64,000 bases of DNA from positions 479 through 64,478 of the forward strand of contig JAHIVH010000129.1 in assembly GCA_018816735.1 (NCBI GenBank), in the 5' to 3' direction. The notes under the pieces are model-generated. The model was not told the DNA's origin. It ran no database searches and was given only the letters and a program-made list of their open reading frames with translations. Positions 59,462 to 64,000 of this stretch are shown one piece after another. Each line of letters starts with the position of its first letter. The stretch's first letter is position 1. The position numbers and the translations under genes were made by a program. The DNA is from Pseudomonadota bacterium (GTDB lineage: Bacteria; Desulfobacterota; Desulfobacteria; Desulfobacterales; JAHIVH01).

Positions 59462-61759
59462 ATGAAAAAATCGAATGGCCTTTCATCACCCGGCGTATCC
59501 TGCCAGAATTTAAAAACCATGAATGCATTTTCCGGATATCCGGGTATACTGGCTTTACTCCTATTGCTTTTGATTGCAGAAACAAGGATCGTTTTTGCCG
59601 CACAACCCGTATTTGTTGATGCCCATCTGAAGCAAATCACCATTGGACAAAATATTGAGTACTTCGAGGACCGGCAAGGCGATATGCAAATAGAAGATAT
59701 TGCCGGAAAAGAGCTAGACTGGCAGGAAAATGACAAAGTGTCTCTGGCTTTTGGTTTCACAAAATCTGTCTATTGGTTCCGGTTTACAATCAAGTTCGAT
59801 GACGGACTCAATGAAAAAATATTTATGGAGCTTGACTATCCGCTTCTGGATGATGTCACGCTGTTTACCCTGCAGTCTTCCGGTGAATATGACATTATTA
59901 AAACCGGAGATCATATGCCATTTGATGCCAGGGAGGTGGCTCACCGGTATTTCGTCTTTCCCCTTACCCCAAACAAAGGAGAAACGACTTATTATATGAG
60001 GGTCCAGACCCAGAGCAGTCTCCATTTCAAGGCAGTTTTGTGGTCACAGGCCGAGTTCGTTAAGCAGATCAACAGCACTTTTCCGGTATTATGGGTATTT
60101 TACGGGATTATGATCGCCATGGCCACTTACAATCTGCTGATCTTTTTTTCTTTAAGAGATATCGGGTTTATAGCTCTGGTATCTTTCATTATCCTGATCA
60201 GTCTCGTCCAGTTGGCGTTAAACGGGTTTGCCTTTCAATACCTCTGGCCCAACTCAGTATGGTGGGCCAATATCTGCGTGCCGATATTGCTCTGCCTATC
60301 CATGATCGCGGGATTTTTTTCTGTCCGGTTGCTTTTTACAGTCTGGTTGGGCGAAAATCCCCGTGTCAGGATGATGACCTATATCTCAGTGGTTCCCCTG
60401 TCCCTTTGTGCGCTGTTTACATTTATAGGACCGTATTCCATCAGCATGAAGATGACCATTTATTTTGCCATTCTGACCATTGTTATCATGATCATCATGA
60501 TGGTCATGGCATTCAGGTTTGGTGAACGTCAGGCGACACGACTGGCATGGCGGGCTTCTCTGGGAACGTTTAGCGCCATTTTAGGTGGCGGCGCTTATGC
60601 GCTTATGGCTTTGGGGGTTCTGCCCGTCAATTTCTTCTCTACATATGGGTTTCAGATTGGCAATGTGCTCATGGTCTTTTTCCTGTCCTTTGCCTTTGCC
60701 GACCGGTTTTCCCTGATGAAGGATGCCATGGACACAGGGACCCATATTTATGAAATGCTTAAAGGTTTTACGTCGTCGCATCAAAAAGATGAAGCAGCTC
60801 GCGATCTTTCATCAGCCAGCCAGCTTGATGAACTTGATAAGGACTTTACCCGGTTTCTTGACCAGTTCAGAGAAACATTGAAGGATGTAACGGAGAAAAC
60901 GGATATTATAGACAACTCATCTCACCAGTTAACCGAACTCTCCGTGAAGATGACAAGCGGTATCGAATCCATAGGAGAGAAATCACAAGGCGTGACCACC
61001 GTAGCCTTGAGCATGGATGAAACCATGCAGCGTATCGTGGGTACCATGGCGCAAACGATTAATCACACCGACCATGTATCTGAGGCGACTAAAAATATGA
61101 CCAGCGCGATCACACAAATTGTTAAAAATGCCAACAGCGCAAATGAAATTACAAAAAAGGCTGTGGAACAGGTCGGTGCTGCCAGTGCAAAAATTGAGGA
61201 GTTGGGACAATCTGCTCAGGAGATCACCAAGGTTACCAAAATGATTACGGAAATTTCTTCCCAGACCAATCTTTTGGCGCTGAATGCCACCATTGAAGCG
61301 GCAAGAGCAGGCGAGTCCGGAAAAGGGTTTGCCGTTGTCGCAAATGAGATCAAGGAACTGGCCAGGCAAACAGCACAAGCCACCGAACAGATCAAGGTGC
61401 AGATCGAGGCAAATAACCAGACCACTTCTGATGCAATAGATGAAATTGTAAGGATATCAGAGATCATCAACAACGTGAACCATATCGTTACCATGATCGC
61501 CGAGGAAGTTGAAAAGCAATCTCAAACGACTCAGAATATTACTGAAAATATCATTCAGGTTGCCGGTGGCATTTCGTCGGCCAATGATGATGTGGGCCAG
61601 GGCTCACAACTGGCAGGCCGGATTTCAAAAGATATTTCAGCGGTCCATCAATCTGTGGGAGAAATGACAGATATCAGCAGTTCGGTAGTTCAAAGCGCTG
61701 AATCCCTGGCAAAGCTGTCCAATCATTTGAAACAGATGGTCAGCCAGTTCCGGATTTAG
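59462..61759 (+). CDS. Methyl-accepting chemotaxis protein with a 7TMR-DISM (DISMED2 plus 7TM) input module
   Basis: Periplasmic 'SVYWFRFTI...LDDVTLF...GDHMPF..R' DISMED2-like region, then ~7 TM helices. MCP hairpin '[38 protein letters not shown]'. Start alternatives are 59456 (TTG), 59462 and 59519. Confidence 0.85.
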   Translation: MKKSNGLSSPGVSCQNLKTMNAFSGYPGILALLLLLLIAETRIVFAAQPVFVDAHLKQITIGQNIEYFEDRQGDMQIEDIAGKELDWQENDKVSLAFGFTKSVYWFRFTIKFDDGLNEKIFMELDYPLLDDVTLFTLQSSGEYDIIKTGDHMPFDAREVAHRYFVFPLTPNKGETTYYMRVQTQSSLHFKAVLWSQAEFVKQINSTFPVLWVFYGIMIAMATYNLLIFFSLRDIGFIALVSFIILISLVQLALNGFAFQYLWPNSVWWANICVPILLCLSMIAGFFSVRLLFTVWLGENPRVRMMTYISVVPLSLCALFTFIGPYSISMKMTIYFAILTIVIMIIMMVMAFRFGERQATRLAWRASLGTFSAILGGGAYALMALGVLPVNFFSTYGFQIGNVLMVFFLSFAFADRFSLMKDAMDTGTHIYEMLKGFTSSHQKDEAARDLSSASQLDELDKDFTRFLDQFRETLKDVTEKTDIIDNSSHQLTELSVKMTSGIESIGEKSQGVTTVALSMDETMQRIVGTMAQTINHTDHVSEATKNMTSAITQIVKNANSANEITKKAVEQVGAASAKIEELGQSAQEITKVTKMITEISSQTNLLALNATIEAARAGESGKGFAVVANEIKELARQTAQATEQIKVQIEANNQTTSDAIDEIVRISEIINNVNHIVTMIAEEVEKQSQTTQNITENIIQVAGGISSANDDVGQGSQLAGRISKDISAVHQSVGEMTDISSSVVQSAESLAKLSNHLKQMVSQFRI

Positions 61760-61801
61760 GGGCCTTCGAAAACGCCACTCATCTGAAAACGGTATTTCGC
61801 A

Positions 61802-62263
61802 CTACTTTTCGCCCGGTATGCCGGCATCCGGCGCGATCACCTGACCCTTTTTGCTTTTGCGGATAATGTCCGTGACCATCTGCTGGGCTTCGTCCCCGGT
61901 CAGCGTGTCTTTGTAACCCGGCATGGCCAATCCGAAGAACTTTCCCTTCAGGATGACCGCCACCATCTTGTCGTCCCGAGTGCCGCGCTGCCATTTTGGA
62001 TCAGTGAAGTCCTGGCCGCGAAGCTTCTTGCCCGCCACGCTAATAGCTGAGCCGTCCGGCCCGTGGCAACTGACACAGTTCTGCTGATAGAACCCCTTTA
62101 GGTCTTTTTTTACAGGTTCATGGGCTGAGGCAGGTGCAATGCAAACAGCAAGCACCAGTGCAAATATCAGTGTGACGCGCTTTGCCTGCTTGTGTGTGCC
62201 GGGGCATTCAATATTCGTATTTTCAGGTTGCTTCCTGTGGTGTCGATTGATCGGTCGTTTCAT
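61802..62263 (-). CDS. Monoheme class-I c-type cytochrome, secreted
   Basis: Single 'CVSCHG' site, distal 'LAMPGY' Met, and a signal anchor 'VTLIFALVLAVCIAPASA'. The gene is markedly GC-rich relative to its flanks. Confidence 0.8.
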   Translation of the reverse strand: MKRPINRHHRKQPENTNIECPGTHKQAKRVTLIFALVLAVCIAPASAHEPVKKDLKGFYQQNCVSCHGPDGSAISVAGKKLRGQDFTDPKWQRGTRDDKMVAVILKGKFFGLAMPGYKDTLTGDEAQQMVTDIIRKSKKGQVIAPDAGIPGEK

Positions 62264-62501
62264 TTTTCTACCCTCCTTGATAAACTACAGATGCAATATC
62301 ATCATGACACTCCTGCACAATGCATAAAATTTTTCCAGTTAAAATGCAACCCGATAATTTCTCTTGACATGCGATCAAGAGTGAATTATGAAAATGGCTA
62401 TTGATTTAATCAATTTTATAAATTGATTAAAATAAACCGGTTTATTTTCAACCTGGCAGACCCAATACACCCAACGATCCCAAAGAACCCGAGGAGATGA
62501 C

Positions 62502-64000
62502 ATGAATAATGAAATAAAGAGATTCGCTGGTTGCGATCTTGGAAAGGCTTCTGCGTCATTCGTCATTCTTGGTATTGATGAGCGCGGGAATTCCACTGTG
62601 GAAAGCACGGACTATGAAATTCACGAGGGAAAACCCTTTGACGTATTTTTTAACTGGTATAAAAGAAAAAGAGTATGGGAGTGCCAAGGGCTTGGCGCAA
62701 CAGGGGTTTATGTGGAAGATTTCATATCTCCGGCTCTTGTCTTCCCAGGCGAAGGATGCCAGGAAGCTGTTTTGGAAAATGATTCGTCTTTCCCTGAAAC
62801 ATTGAATTTGATCAATATTGGTGCTTGCGGATATAGCGCGTTAACCAGAGAACCTGTAAAACAGACGCCAAATGTTTCATCAGATGCCACAAAGCATTCT
62901 TTCAACAAGAAATTCCAGACCTGGTTTGTTGAAAATGAGAAGTGTTCATCTGGCACAGGAGAAAATGTTCAGAAAATTGCCGGGCGTTTTGGAATAGGAA
63001 TTGACGAAGCAGATACCCTGGCAATGCAGGCCTATAATCAAATTCCCATTACGGCCAGGTGCTCGGTATTTGCCAAAAGTGAAATGACACACTACGCAAA
63101 TCAGGGGAAAGACAAGCGGGAACTTTTTGCCGGCTATTTCAATTCTCTGGCCAGAAATTCTTCGGGCCTGCTCAAATTGAATCGCGTGAAAGGCCCGGTT
63201 TATCTTATAGGTGGGTGTGCCCGCATATGCTCATTTGTAAACGCTCTTGAAGAACAGCTTGAAGAAAAAATAATCATTCCGGAGAATTTTCTTGGTTTTG
63301 AAGCCCTGGGTGCCGCACTGCTTGCCAGCCAGGACAAAAGCGGCGCTGCCAAAAGTGTATTGCCCGAAAACCCGTCGGAACTCGTAAAAAAACATCAGGC
63401 AAAATTCACTGCACTGAAACCGGCTTACCAATGGCGTGATAATGTTGCCATTCTTGACGCGCCCTCTGTGCGTCACAATTGGGAAAAGGTTCCAACCATA
63501 CTGGGTCTTGATCTGGGATCAACAGGAGCCAAGGCTGTATTGACAGATATAAACACAAAAGCGGCTGTTTTTGATGTCTATGATACGACGCGAGGTAATC
63601 CTGTCGATGCGGCCCGGCGTTTGGTGGACGCCATCCTCAGGAAAGGGAATCCTGATATTCGCGCGATTGGTGTTACAGGGTCCGGTCGTGAAGCTGTTGG
63701 CATATTGTTACGTGCCGTCTTTCCTGATGCGTGCGATCGTATGATCATTTTAAATGAGATTGTCGCACATGCCACTTCCGCAATGCATCTGGACAGTGAC
63801 AAGGGAGATGACCTGACGGTTATCGAAATCGGAGGGCAGGATGCCAAATATATCCGGTTAAGTGGCGGTCGTATTGTTGAAAGTGATATGAACAAGGCCT
63901 GCAGCGCGGGTACAGGTTCTTTTTTGGCAGAGCAGGCAGCCTGTTATGATATTCTGGATATGGATGAATTTATAGGCATGGCATCTGCTGCGGACTCTCC
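62502..64000 (+). CDS. Double BadF/BadG/BcrA/BcrD (HgdC-like) ATPase, 2-hydroxyacyl-CoA-dehydratase-activase-related; 5' part, continues past the window end
   Basis: Open-ended, so absent from the track. ATG at 62502 after a GAGGAG SD. I read 499 codons without a stop. The second module has 'LGLDLGSTGAKAVL', 'IEIGGQDAKYI' and 'ACSAGTGSFLAEQA'. The first module has 'GCDLGKASASF', 'CSSGTGENVQKIA' and 'ARCSVFAKSEMTHYANQG'. Confidence 0.8.
   Translation, partial: MNNEIKRFAGCDLGKASASFVILGIDERGNSTVESTDYEIHEGKPFDVFFNWYKRKRVWECQGLGATGVYVEDFISPALVFPGEGCQEAVLENDSSFPETLNLINIGACGYSALTREPVKQTPNVSSDATKHSFNKKFQTWFVENEKCSSGTGENVQKIAGRFGIGIDEADTLAMQAYNQIPITARCSVFAKSEMTHYANQGKDKRELFAGYFNSLARNSSGLLKLNRVKGPVYLIGGCARICSFVNALEEQLEEKIIIPENFLGFEALGAALLASQDKSGAAKSVLPENPSELVKKHQAKFTALKPAYQWRDNVAILDAPSVRHNWEKVPTILGLDLGSTGAKAVLTDINTKAAVFDVYDTTRGNPVDAARRLVDAILRKGNPDIRAIGVTGSGREAVGILLRAVFPDACDRMIILNEIVAHATSAMHLDSDKGDDLTVIEIGGQDAKYIRLSGGRIVESDMNKACSAGTGSFLAEQAACYDILDMDEFIGMASAADS

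Overview
This is a 64-kb chromosomal segment, roughly 40% GC by eye, with no rRNA, tRNA, CRISPR, transposase or integrase that I could find. The gene content suggests a Desulfobacteraceae-type anaerobe (inference only): single-chain pyruvate:ferredoxin oxidoreductase, rnfCDGEAB, a DsrMK-like cytochrome b/HdrD pair, and many sigma-54 and two-component regulators.

Gene order:
- DtxR-like repressor (partial), feoB and a coupled unknown membrane protein, and a Prc protease, all on the minus strand.
- PFOR on the plus strand.
- A seven-gene ars operon on the minus strand (arsR, ArsP-like permease, arsC, small Trx, secreted Trx, CcdA, acr3).
- An 11-kb plus-strand signalling island. It holds 4 stand-alone receivers, 2 soluble Cys-motif PAS kinases, a receiver-less sigma-54 activator with a dead ArsC-like N-terminus, an HDAC11-like deacylase, a sigma-54 promoter with repeated upstream motifs, a 74-aa ORF and the DsrMK-like pair.
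- rnfCDGEAB.
- A Lys-rich H1-like protein and HU.
- A COG2907-like flavoprotein with an MMPL/RND exporter, a parvulin PPIase and a Csp.
- A translationally coupled minus-strand operon: FDP/ODP-like di-iron domain protein, hybrid kinase, an unlisted 51-aa ORF carrying a FliM-like LSQDEIxxLL motif, and an orphan GspE/PilB ATPase.
- fadD.
- An Atu/Liu-like acyl-CoA carboxylase cluster (thiolase-like, 2 ACADs, DinB-like, TetR, AtuA-like, BCCP, BC, CT).
- A compositionally mosaic end region: a GC-richer second MMPL/RND paralogue, an AT-rich secreted orphan, a 7TMR-DISM chemoreceptor, a GC-rich cytochrome c, and an open-ended double BcrA/HgdC-type ATPase gene absent from the ORF track.

Best candidates for undescribed biology are (i) the pseudo-ArsC sigma-54 activator and its Cys-PAS/DsrMK-like/Rnf-adjacent regulatory island, and (ii) the di-iron sensor / hybrid kinase / EIDAL-like micropeptide / orphan secretion-ATPase operon.

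All calls rest on reading the translations and the DNA by eye. No database search or computation was possible.
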